Part shown: one piece after another, positions 27,492 through 39,458 of the stretch | Position numbering within the stretch: the stretch's first letter is position 1 | Layout: each line of letters starts with the position of its first letter | Assembly (NCBI GenBank): GCA_951406725.2 | Contig: OX597814.1 | Location: 65,906,001-65,970,000 of the forward strand | DNA from: Octopus vulgaris | Lineage: Eukaryota | Reading direction: 5' to 3' | Length of the DNA stretch: 64,000 bases | Notes under the pieces: generated by a model | Told to the model about the DNA's origin: nothing | Database searches by the model: none | What the model saw: the letters and a program-made list of their open reading frames with translations, nothing else | Position numbers and translations under genes: made by a program

Positions 27492-27677
27492 TAAGTAATT
27501 AAAGGTTTAGCAACGAATTGCCTCACCACACACCGAATTTAGAAATAGCAGTCAAAGAGTTATAGCTATTCTTTCTACTAAAAGGGAGATCTCAGTAAAA
27601 ACACAGCACTTGAAAGGCAAACACAGACAGGTAAGAGAGAATGAAATGACGGCAATCTATCATACAATTTTAAGTCA

Positions 27678-27768
27678 CCTACGGACGTACGTTTCGAAAT
27701 TAAGTTTTAGGAAAGCATAAGAATTAGATAATTATGTCTTACCCAACTTCTTTTCTCATCAGCGTAGG
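27678..27768 (-). ncRNA. Type I hammerhead ribozyme, extended helix II
   Basis: Minus strand: cctacg CTGATGA gaaa..(52 nt)..tttc GAAA cgtacg TC cgtagg. Confidence 0.88.
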
Positions 27769-28260
27769 ACACTAAAATTATGAATAATTGTATATTAAAT
27801 TTCGAGATACTAGAAGGCATCATCTCAACTCAGTATCAGAGTGAGCTAAAGCCGTTACCAGTATCACCAACTTCAAAGTGTGAATGAAAGTTTGTGTCAC
27901 CAACCCCTTCCCACCAGCGTGTAGCCAAGACAAGATGCTGTGGTCATTTACTGGGATGAAATATGGTTATCAATAATAATATAGGGTGAAATTAATTAAT
28001 TTGGAATAATCATTATTTACACCAAGTAGATTTCGGCATGTAAAAGCCTCATTCGAGGAAAGTTTAAGTAATACTAAGTAATTAAGGGTTTAGCAACGAA
28101 TTGCCTCACCACACACCGAATTTAGAAATAGCAGTCAAAGAGTTATAGCTATTCTTTCTACTAAAAGGGAGATCTCAGTAAAAACACAGCACTTGAAAGG
28201 CAAACACAGACAGGTAAGAGAGAATGAAATGACGGCAATCTATCATACAATTTTAAGTCA

Positions 28261-28351
28261 CCTACGGACGTACGTTTCGAAATTAAGTTTTAGGAAAGCA
28301 TAAGAATTAGATAATTATGTCTTACCCAACTTCTTTTCTCATCAGCGTAGG
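28261..28351 (-). ncRNA. Type I hammerhead ribozyme, identical second copy
   Basis: Same sequence as 27678-27768, 583 nt away. Confidence 0.88.
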
Positions 28352-28465
28352 ACACTACAATTATGAATAATTGTATATTAAATTTCGAGATACTAGAAGG
28401 CATCATTACTTGGTGTAATTAATGATTATTCCAAATTAATTAATTTCACCCTATATTATTACTGA

Positions 28466-28525
<60 letters not shown>

Positions 28526-28923
28526 CATGTATGTATGTATTAAAGAAACAAAACGTTAAAACAAAAATAATAGTATCCAGTAGTTGGTTAAGTATGCTAA
28601 CCACAGGAATTTCTGCCCAATAAAGTCGTACACCATCTCCCTCTATCTCTCACATACCCACTCTTTCTTTCTCTCTTATTATTACTCCCATTACCACCAT
28701 TAACACTACTACTTTTAATAAAACATCATGAACTCTCCCTAAATTTCTTTGTCCCTCTTTTTCTTCCTCTCTTTCCCCCTCTCTCTTTGTCTACGCCACC
28801 TCCCTCACCGTCTCTATGCCTACTATTGCTCTCACCCCCGCCACGAGGAAGTGTCATTGAATAGTGAGGGAGGGGCAAAGTGTGACACACTGACACAGCA
28901 ATTAATTTTCGAATTTATGATAC

Positions 28924-28981
<58 letters not shown>

Positions 28982-30483
28982 GTGAGTGTGTGTGTGTGTA
29001 TGTATGTATGTATGTATGTATGAGTGACGAATACGTACAGGTGCTAATTCATTACGGCCGTTTCAAGTGACTCCTTTATTTGATTAATGAAAATATTACA
29101 TCATTTGAAAGAAACTGTTCTCGCTAGATGACCGCATAGATTTCAAACATTGAGTATAAAACCACTGCCCTAACATATTCACATCAATGAGGGAACTGAA
29201 AATATTTACATTGTTTCTGTTGTCATATCTCTGGCAGAAGGAATTTAGAAAGTAATGCATAGCTTGCCGAGTCTATTATAATTTAGAGAGCAGTAGAGGA
29301 AATAGTGGGGTTAAGAAGAAAAGAGTGGTGACCCACTTACTTACACTTGGAAGACAATATGTAGAATGTAGTCTTCAACTCTCTAGATCAAATTTATTGA
29401 GAGTTATGAACTATATTCTAGTTAATGGGGATAAATCCATTAATGTCAAACAATCTAAACTCTCTATATACTGGAACCATATATCCAGCTTTGTCTACAC
29501 AAAAGGATATGACGTCGGGTAGTAATAATGGAATATCTGATGGGAAAGGGATGATAATTGGAAGAAAGGAGGATAGGAAGAGCCAATACTTATTTTGATT
29601 ATCATATAAAAGGAAAAAGCACTGAAATAAAAACCCAAAGGGATAAATAATATAAATGTAGGGGTAGAATTTAAAATCAGAGAGAAAGAAAAGTATTATA
29701 TTATAACTTTGTAATGTTAAAGCGAGAAAAATCAATATATAGAAGGTGAGAAATTAAATCTAAAACTTAATAATTGGATATTTTAATATATCAGAAAAAA
29801 TATATTAAGATTTTTAATAAACATAGTGTGAAGAAGATCATGGTAAAAATATTCTAAAATGAACGTATAACGGAATGAAATTATTATATAAATAGAAACT
29901 TTAAAAAGTATACGTTGAACTAATATAACAACTATTCGCTTCATTATGGGTGGATAAACATAAGATTTCGTACGAAATGGTATCCAATATATGGTGTAAT
30001 TAAATTAGAGATATTTCAAATGTATAAGGGAGTACGTTCAGATGCCATATCTAAACAAATTTGGGCATATAAACACTTAATGAATATACTGCATGATTAG
30101 AAAATATAATAATATAAGAGTTCATATATACAGTGAAGTATATAAAGACCTTGTAAGTTATCAAAAAAATTATAAATTATAAAGACTGTGAAAGTATATA
30201 AAAGGATATATAAATGTATAAAAATATCAAATATAAAATATAAAAAATTATTAAATATAATGTTTAATTACAAATATAATAATATAATATGATATTAAAC
30301 AGTGAGTTATATGAAAAGTAATTTATGAACTGCCAAAACATTCATAGGCTATAAAAGCTACACAAATATATAAGTGGGTATATAAATGCATAAAAATTTA
30401 ATAATACAAAATATAAAAAAACTATAAAATATAAGTTCTTTTAAAATCGTTTACCGAATGATATAAAAAGTATAAAAGATATA

Positions 30484-31723
30484 CGAGGGACGTTCAATAA
30501 GTAATGCCTCTGACCCACTTGCAGTTGTTTGATCTAGCATGGGCAATCATTCATATCTCTATAGATTGAGTGGCAAATTACAGCTCTGAATTAATTGTGG
30601 TTTCTGATTTACAGGTGTTTGAACCGAGTCAAGTGTGAAATGGAGCCTGTTGAGTGTCGAGCAGTGATCCGGTTTTTGTATTAGAAAGGACGCACACCAC
30701 GGGAGACTTTTGATGAAATGGAAGTAACTTATGGTGATGATGCCCCATCATATGACCTTGTAAAACGCTGGCATCGTGAATTCAAACATGGTCGGAACTC
30801 TGTGGAAACAGCTCCCAGATCTGGTCGCCCCTTCTGCCATTGATGAAGCATCTGTCCGTCAAGTTGAGGCTGCCATTTTGGAAGATCGACGCATAACTAT
30901 TCGCCAAATAGCCCATGAGGTCAAGATTAGTACCGGGTCTGTAGAAACTATCATTCATGACCATTTGCATATGCAAAAGGTGTCTGCCAGATGGATTCCC
31001 AGGCTGCTCACGCCTTTCCAGAAGCAAGAACGTGTCGAGTGCTCGGGGGTGAATTTGGAGATGTGCCAAGAAGATGAGTCAAAATTTTTCAAAAGACTGA
31101 TTACAAAGTCCAGTCAATGCAGTGGAAGCACCGTGATTCACCCCCCCCCCAAAGAAGGCAAGGGTGCAGCCCTCCGCTGGCAAGGTCATGCTCACAGTCT
31201 TCTGGGACCAGGACGGAGTAGTGATGACAGATTTCTTGGCAAAGGGTACCACAATTGCAGGAGCCTATTATACTTCACTTCTGAGGAAATTAAGAGAAGT
31301 TATCAAAATCAAGAGGCGGGGCAAGATCAGCAAAAGCATCCTCCTCCTGCAGGACAACGCTCCGGTCCACAACTCGCTTGTCGCCAGATCAGAAGCACAG
31401 GCGTATAGCTATGAACTCCTCCCCCATCCCCCTACTTTCCTGACCTTGCACCCTCTGATTTTCACCTCTTCCCAGCCATGAAGTTGTTTTTGAAAGGAAA
31501 GCGTTTCCCAGATGATGCAGCCTTGATTTCTGAAGTCACGTCGTGGTTGGAGGACCAAGCTGGGGTCTTCTACAAAACGGTCTCCAGAGCTGCATCAAAC
31601 AATGGGAGAAATGCGTAACTCTGGGTGGTTCCTTTGTAGATAAAGACTAATAACTGTGCCAAGTTTTGTTGCTCTACTGCTATGGGAAGTGGGTCAGGGG
31701 CATTACTTATTGAACGCCCCTCG
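30484..31723 (+). mobile_element. Tc1/mariner element copy 3, inactive
   Basis: TIRs with TA flanks (30482-30483, 31724-31725). ATG at 30640 with an early TAG; a deletion near 31105 removes the QDETWVHHYDPET segment (first catalytic D). Confidence 0.95.
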
Positions 31724-32289
31724 TATAAATAAGGATATAGAATAAAATAATGATTATTTTATAATGATATTTGCACTTCGAAAAAATTTCCTAAACATAT
31801 TATTATTATACAATATAAAATAAAAGATATGTATAAAATTACCTTTGGAAAAGGGTTTATAAGATATTTCTAAAATACGTCAAAGATAATGATGTCGGTA
31901 GAAAAGTAACATATCTTAGAGGGTATATTTTATACTTAGGGAAGGAGCGAAATTTAGCAATCCATTATAAAACTTATGTTATGCTATGAAATGGGGGAAG
32001 GGATTAATACATGTCTTGCAAACAACTTGCACATGCAAGTGCTACCAGTCAAAATCTCCGTATACCGGAAGCCAGCAAGTGTATGGGGTCATCAGGTGAG
32101 AATGCGCGCCGTTTTGGAGCCTACCTCTCGACGGCATCAATGCGCACCGGCCCCACTCACTGTAATTATTGAAAGTTTATAGAACAAAGGGTTTAAGAGT
32201 CACTAGAAAGCATTATTGAATAACTTCGAGATAATAGAGGCTATGAATGATATGGCACCCCGAATAACTCATGTTAACAAAGTACAGTA

Positions 32290-32575
32290 TGATATACTTA
32301 TTATTACCAGCTCTTAAAATATTTAAAGGTACAGGTAATCTTATGAACACATGGTTTTCGTAGCTTTATGTTAAGTCTAAAGGACAAAAAATTGTTATTA
32401 AAACGTTTTTTCACATCTACTGAGCCTCTGATGTAAATAAATTTATTAGTTTCTGTCATTATTCTGCATTTATATATATCATTTCCTGCTAAACACTGAC
32501 CTATTAACGGGCAGTGGGATCTTTTCCTACAATTGCAATTGCGATTATTATTATTAATAGAATTACTTATCATAC
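32290..32575 (-). pseudogene. PLE GIY-YIG remnant
   Basis: NCNCRKRSHCPLIGQCLAGNDIYKC..KKRFNNNFLSFR, homologous to the ORF at 47540-48430. Confidence 0.75.
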
Positions 32576-33025
32576 TAGCTTCGATTCAGGTTTGATTCAA
32601 ATACACCGCATGCACGGTGGATTTGAAAGATTATAACATACGAAATTGAGATATTACACTCAATAAACGTAAGCTATCAATATAATAATTATGATAATAA
32701 TATTAGGGAGTATATCCAAACTTACAGGGAAAAATTAGATTTAGGATTAAATCAAATTTCACAGTATAAATATAAATTAAATTAGAGATCAAACCACTAT
32801 TACGCAACTCAGACAGTGATAGACATAAACCAAAACATAAAAAGCAAAAAATAAATATAATTAATATAATATACAATTTATATATAAAATATAAAATTTG
32901 TGTTTGTGTGTGTATGTATACATATATATATATATACGGAGAGAAAGAGTGAGACAGAGAGAGATCGTGAGTGAGGGAGTGAGGTAGTAATGCAGATAAA
33001 CACTTTCAGGCTTGATTCAAAATAT

Positions 33026-33405
33026 ATTTACATGGTACACAATAAGTATGGAATAAAGTATAGAGAAATTATATAATGTCTCAACACAACATCTGTTAGC
33101 CGAGAGTTACATAATCATAATTAGCAGGTAATATATGCAGGAATTCATGGGTAAGCAACCGGTGACCAATCAGATGAAAATATTTCAGTTAGTCCCTAAG
33201 ACATGATTGACAGTCTTTGAAAAGGAAGCTGGACTTATGGTATCTTTATGTGATTGATTACCGGTTGCATAGCCTTGACTTTTTGCATATACCATCTACT
33301 AATTATGATTATTAGATAACTTTCGGCTTCCTGAAATAGATTTTGAGTTAAGACATCGCATAATACCTTTATATTTTATTCTGTATTTATAGTGCTCGAT
33401 GTAAA
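33026..33405. repeat. Old fold-back element (diverged ~145-bp arms)
   Basis: ATAATCATAATTAG..GCAACCGGTGACCAATCA versus TGATTGATTACCGGTTGC..CTAATTATGATTAT. Confidence 0.65.
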
Positions 33406-33413
33406 AATAAGGT

Positions 33414-33627
33414 GGCGTGTGCTGAAAATTTCCTGGCTTTAATGGTATCACGAAAGACCTGATTGGAGGTCCAAACTTCCGAGTTCTTTTACAGGGCTTA
33501 GAAAAACTGGAGGGTCACTGCAATAAATGTGTATATCTGAGAGTGGGAATATGTTCAATAAAATCATAATTAACTGATCCTCCTGTATTTTCTTTTACCC
33601 AAAGCCAGAAACTTCTCAGCACCCCCA
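33414..33627 (+). mobile_element. Mariner-derived MITE
   Basis: TIRs GTGCTGAAAATTTCCTGGCTTT / AAAGCCAGAAACTTCTCAGCAC; transposase C-terminal remnant GLEKLEGHCNKCVYLR. Confidence 0.75.
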
Positions 33628-33837
33628 TCTTGTACATATATGAAGCCAAACAGTCTTTATTTGCGCTAATATCTCCATCTCAGATCGATCTGAATATTTT
33701 TTATAGCCACTGCTGACACTGTAAGCCCTACGCCGGATGAAGAAATCGGATTTTAAGTTTAAAATCATTCGAGTACTAGTCTGGTTTTTATACTGAAATT
33801 TTCTCTCACCTATTGATTCTATACATACGTATATATA

Positions 33838-33872
<35 letters not shown>

Positions 33873-33916
33873 AAGAATACACGCACACACAAATTTATAT
33901 ATATACGTATATATGT

Positions 33917-33972
<56 letters not shown>

Positions 33973-34004
33973 CCATTCGGTTCAGCAAATCATATTTTTT
34001 ATAT

Positions 34005-34080
34005 ACTCTACTGAGGATTCGAAAATGATTATGTAAGTAAAATTACACAATCTATTAACGATGAAACAATTGTATAGAGT
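34005..34080 (+). ncRNA. Type I hammerhead ribozyme, extended helix II
   Basis: actcta CTGAGGA ttcg...cgat GAAA caattg TA tagagt; perfect 6-bp helix I; lies in a pLTR-like segment (33970-34340) between (TA)n tracts. Confidence 0.82.
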
Positions 34081-34337
34081 TAATCTATTTTTTCGTTATT
34101 TTTCATTTGTCCTGCCCGCTTACATTCTTGGCGTGTTGAATTAATGCTTCAGAGCAATTCTTTAGCGGTAGATTCCCTTTGCGGATCTATATCTAGCGTT
34201 AGAGTGACCACATGTGGTCTCTCTCTTATTACTTGTATTAATAATTTTTACTGTATCCCAGTTTTTTTACGCTAGGCCACTTGGTGTTTTGAATTGATGT
34301 TATTAATTAATATTCAATTTTTTTCACCCTTATTGTG

Positions 34338-34386
<49 letters not shown>

Positions 34387-34715
34387 CACACACATAAATA
34401 TATGAAAATACCGGAAATAAAATAGCTGTGAGAGAGTGAGAGGTTTAAATATAGATAATGGATACAAGTAAGTAGTTGGTTGTCTTTTTGTTTTTTTTAT
34501 GTACCCATATATAACCGTACGCTATCTACGTTGTGAAGTTAAAAATACATTCATAAAATTACATACATATAAATACATATATATATGCACAAGCACGGGT
34601 GCAGATGCACACATGTGAGCACAGACACAAACATACAAGCAAGTATATATATATGTGTGTGTGTATGTGTTTGTGTGTGTTTGTATAGATAATTAGGTAG
34701 ATACGTTATACATAC

Positions 34716-34747
<32 letters not shown>

Positions 34748-35418
34748 ATGTATATATGTATATGTATATATATATATATTTATGTATATATATATAAATA
34801 TATCCATACACTAATCTAAATACCTGTTTGCCTGATTGTCTGGCTCTCTGTCCGTCTGCATGAATGTACGTATTGTTTGTATGCATATGTTGTGTGTATC
34901 ATTGCCCCTATTTTCGCCACTGTTTAAAAAAATCAAACAGATGAACACTTTGATAAATTTGCTACATGAAAAACTAGAGCTCAACATCTTGTGAGTAAAT
35001 TCCTGATTCGGATTGAGAGGGGGCTTGGAAATTCGGACTTGGAAACGTTAGTAATGATGCAGTAAGCTTTATCCCTAAGGCTTCTAATTGTTTGATGTCT
35101 ATAACATGGTGTGAACAAAGAAATATATGGCAGAGTGGCAAGAAGAATCTCATCAGATGTTAATCTCTATTTTTTATTCATATAACATTGTGCCAAGTAT
35201 GCCTGCATGTGTGTGTGCTTGTATGTATATATATGTATCTATGTATGTATATATGTATGTATATATGCATGTGTATGTATGTATTCATGTATGTTATGTA
35301 TTGTTGAGCATGAATATGGTTATTAGATTGTTTGAGTGGGTGTATACAAGTATCACTATGAACATATATGAACATCACCTTAATATGTAAAATTATCTAT
35401 GTCTGTCTGTCTCTTATA

Positions 35419-35489
<71 letters not shown>

Positions 35490-35622
35490 TTATATAAATG
35501 TGTGTGTGCGTGCATTATGTGCATATAATTGTATGCTTTCATATACATACATACACATATATAGATACACGTACTGCGAACATATTCAAATGTGAATATA
35601 TATATATGTATATAATCTTTTA

Positions 35623-35826
35623 ATGCTGGCGCATCGCCTTTAGTCGTAAAAGTCGACCCCAGGACTTATTCTTTGTAAGTTTAGTAATTATTCTATCGGT
35701 CTCTTATGCCGAACCGCTAAGTTACGGGTACGCAAACACACCAGCATCGGTTGTAAAGCGATGGTGGGGTAACAAACACAGACACACAAGCACTCACACG
35801 CATACACACATACACACACACACACA

Positions 35827-35881
<55 letters not shown>

Positions 35882-36018
35882 GACGGGATTCTTTCAGTTT
35901 CCGTCTACCAAATCCACTCTGAAGGCTTTGATCGCCCCGAGGCTATAGAAGACACCTGCCCAAGGTAGCATGCAGTGGAACTGAACCTGGAACCATGTGG
36001 TTGGTAAGCAAGCTACTT
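35623..36018 (-). mobile_element. SINE family A
   Basis: Reverse complement of the family A head, CORE-like segment and 3' half, with internal (TA)n. Confidence 0.85.
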
Positions 36019-36519
36019 TATTCCAAAAATTTTACCATAAAGGCATGATACAGAGTAGCTTGCGGGCTGGACAAAGGCATTGATGCGGTGAATGATGATA
36101 AGGATGGAAGAAGACAAAAAACCCCGCCAATTTTCTGCTTCTCTAAAACATTATTCTCTTATTTTTTTCTACTGAAAAAGACAAAACGAGGTAATGATGC
36201 ACGTACTTCAATTTTACAGATTTTGGACTAATAGTCCATTTATGAATTGGGGCGTTAGTCCTCTTAAACACAATAACATACAATAAACATTAAACATTGT
36301 AACACTGAGGCTTTTCAAACTCTTGTCATTATTCCTCCCCGTCATCGCTTGTGCCCGTAAACTCCACCATCCCCCCCACGCCTCGTTCAAGACTAAGGTG
36401 GGTTCCGAGCTGGCGTCGCCCGGCCACAAGCGATATTCCTCATTGAGTTCCTGCAGTCTAAACCCCATAGACACCGTTGTGACCTCCACAGCTATCTGCA
36501 GAGGCCATTCGGGATCCTG

Positions 36520-36966
36520 GGGCCTCTCTGAAAAGATACAAAAGGTATGCAGTCCATATGACATCAGGACAGTATTCAAGAGTAATACAACACTTTGCAA
36601 ATATCTCCTTCGAGTAAAACAACCAATAGAAGATAATATGACCAAAAACTGCGTGTACTCCATCCCATGCAGCTGTGGTAGGTTATACAAAGGCGAAACA
36701 TACCACCCCCTCAAAATGAGGGTAGCCGAACATCGCAATGCTGTGACACGCGGAGATATTGATAAACCGGGTATAGTTGAACATGTATGGAAAAATGGAA
36801 ACCACCTCCCCCTGTGGGATGAAGTTATAATAATAGACAGAGAACACCACTGGAAAATACGAAAACTAAAAGAAGCAGCATATATGCTAGGACATAACAA
36901 CCTTTTAATCAGACCGACTGCAGATGTGAATGGCATATGGGAACCGGTATTAAGGAAGATAGGAAA

Positions 36967-37034
<68 letters not shown>

Positions 37035-37186
37035 TGATAATAACATCGAAAAATATCTTAGGAATGAGAACCCAGGTCGAAATTTGCCCAAGTCACCTGA
37101 TGAAGGTTGGAGGATATATCAACCGAAACGTTGTGTTAAGAACAAACAAGATGAGGACAAATATCCGTCAAATGTAAATAATGTAA
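36520..37186 (+). mobile_element. PLE (Penelope/Poseidon-type) 3' fragment: GIY-YIG + (AAT)n + pLTR
   Basis: GLSEKIQKVC..VFKSNTTL..VYSIPCSCGRLYKGET..LKMRVAEHR..RKLKEAAY; HHR downstream. Confidence 0.88.
37094..37135 (+). ncRNA. Minimal type I hammerhead ribozyme
   Basis: cac CTGATGA a ggttg gaggatatat caacc GAAA cg TT gtg. Confidence 0.78.
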
Positions 37187-38917
37187 AGCAGTAGCTTCTG
37201 TAGTGTAGTTCTTGTGATCTGCTATTAGACATTGCTGTTAGTGTTTAGATTTTCCTGCACGAGATTCGTATTCTCCCGTGCCACGCTAGCACATTGTATA
37301 CTGGCAAAAGTCGATACTTGATTTTTATTTATTCAAATCAACCGCTAGTATGATGAATGGCAAAAGTGATCTCGCCGTGTTTTGAACTAAGAATGTAAAT
37401 AGCCAGAACAACTACAGTAAAGCTTTATCGACACTGCCAATCCGCTACGTTATTATTCATATAACAAGTGATTAACTTTCCAGAAAATATGAGCCCTAAT
37501 CACTCACAAACAAAAGGCATCTGCAGTTTATATAAACTCAGGCTGCAAGAGGTAAGTGTCAATGTAATTGACCGTGTATACCATACAATGTCAAGCATAT
37601 ATGATCTTCTACGTTGATACAACAGTAATGACGAACCTAGACAAAATTCTGAACTGAAATTATGAAAGATGAGAGAGGATGGAATATATGCTTTAAACTT
37701 TTCTAAACCTTTAACGGAACTGCTACACAGTCGCTCGACCACCAGGTAATAATAAAGAATTGCCTTTTAACGTATCCCTTATTATTTTTAACAGCGGAAG
37801 AACACGGACAGAATACATTAGGTAAATAAGGCAGGATGGTCATGCAAGAATCCCGTTAATCATAAGTCTGCTCAATCAAGAATAATCTGTCTCGAAGTAC
37901 CAATAAGTTTCTATTTCTAGTAAGTGTATGTAGTAATCATTCCACTTCGTAGAATTTTATCAAACTTGGCTGTTGACGAGGAGAAAAATCATACAATCTT
38001 TACGTGTTATCAAAATGTGATATCGAACAAGTTAAAATCTATCATCTGCGGGTCAAAAATAGCAATGTTGCACATAACGTTTTGCTGTTAAATGTAGAAG
38101 GTCTCTGACAGGTTCTCGCACGGTGATAGATTTTCAAATTAATATCCCGCGACAGAATAATCTGCAAAATTCATTTAAAACCAAACATACAAAGATTAAA
38201 CAAGCAGCAAAAAAGTACAATAAATAAATAAGTAAACAAATAAATAAATATATGACCTAATAATACGATTTGCAAAGTTATCAAAATATAAGGGTGTGGG
38301 TGTTTTGACTACTTTACGCACTACTCTTTTCACGAGTATTGGTTTTCTCTGACACTTATTTCATGTAGACTAACGATATACTTACTTTTGCCTTCCTTTC
38401 TTCTTTTCTCTTTCTTTCTTATTTTCTTTCGGTCTTTCTTTATTTCTGCCACCTTATGTACATATATCTTTTCCACTCTCTTTTTGTTTTCCAACTCCCT
38501 CTCTTCAGTATTGCAAAGACATACATATTTCTTCATTCAATGAAAAGCAACACCAGAATTAATCATTTCCGCTGTAAAAACTCTAAAGAAAATATTTTCC
38601 AAAGAAGATTTTGATTATATTTTCATGCTAACAATTTGCTTATTTACAGTATTTTACATTATTTTACGACTTTGACAACTTCATAGATTTACAGTTTTTG
38701 AGACATTTTATATGAATATATGTATGTATGTATGTATGTATGTATATATATATTATGCAATACAATATAATATATATATATATACATATATAATACATAT
38801 TTGCACATATATATATGTGTATATATATGCACATAAATATATGTATATAAACATATATATATGTATATAATATGTGTGTATGTGTGTTTATGTATATATA
38901 GTGTATATATATATAAA

Positions 38918-39078
38918 GGCGCAGGTGTGGCTGTGTTAAGAAGCATGCTTCCCAACCACATGGTTCTGGGTTCAGTCTCACTGCATAGCACCTTGGGCCA
39001 GTATCTTCTGCTATAGCCTCGGGCCGACCAAAGCTCTATGGGTGGATTTGGTAGACGGACACTGAAAGAAGTCCGTCG
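38918..39078 (+). mobile_element. SINE family A, 5' half
   Basis: GGCGCAGGTGTGGCTGTG...GGTTCAGTCTC...ACTGAAAGAAGTCCGTCG. Confidence 0.85.
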
Positions 39079-39458
39079 TATATATATATATAATATTATC
39101 ATATTTATATGGACTTAAAGATGGATCGCAGTTTAATATGTAATTTAGTTATTGCAGTTTACTATTAATAGCGATACAATGTACGTTGGGTAAATGTATT
39201 TGAAAGTTGTGGTTTCTTTGGTTTGTTTGTTCCCAAACAACATTTATTTTAGTGCTGTTGGGACACCGCCGGATTGAATGGCACTGCTCACGTGTTGAAA
39301 CCATAATATCCGTGGGGCAGCTGATGATGGAGCTATGTTGGATTGTTGAAATGGCTGAAGAACAGTATTATAACACATCCTTTTGATGTATATATATATA
39401 TATATACATATATATGTATAGGCGCAGGAGTGGCTGTGTGGTAAGTAGCTTGCCTACC

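Larger units (their letters stand above)
27489..28469 (-). mobile_element. ORF-less tandem-pLTR (retrozyme-like) element, 583-bp period
   Basis: Direct repeats 27489-27823 and 28072-28406; 28407-28469 is the reverse complement of 27966-28028; flanked by (TA)n. Confidence 0.85.

Noticed and set aside
39321-39345. CTGATGA heptamer (also at 825, 7735, 11593)
   Set aside because: No convincing helix II, GAAA and helix I closure together.
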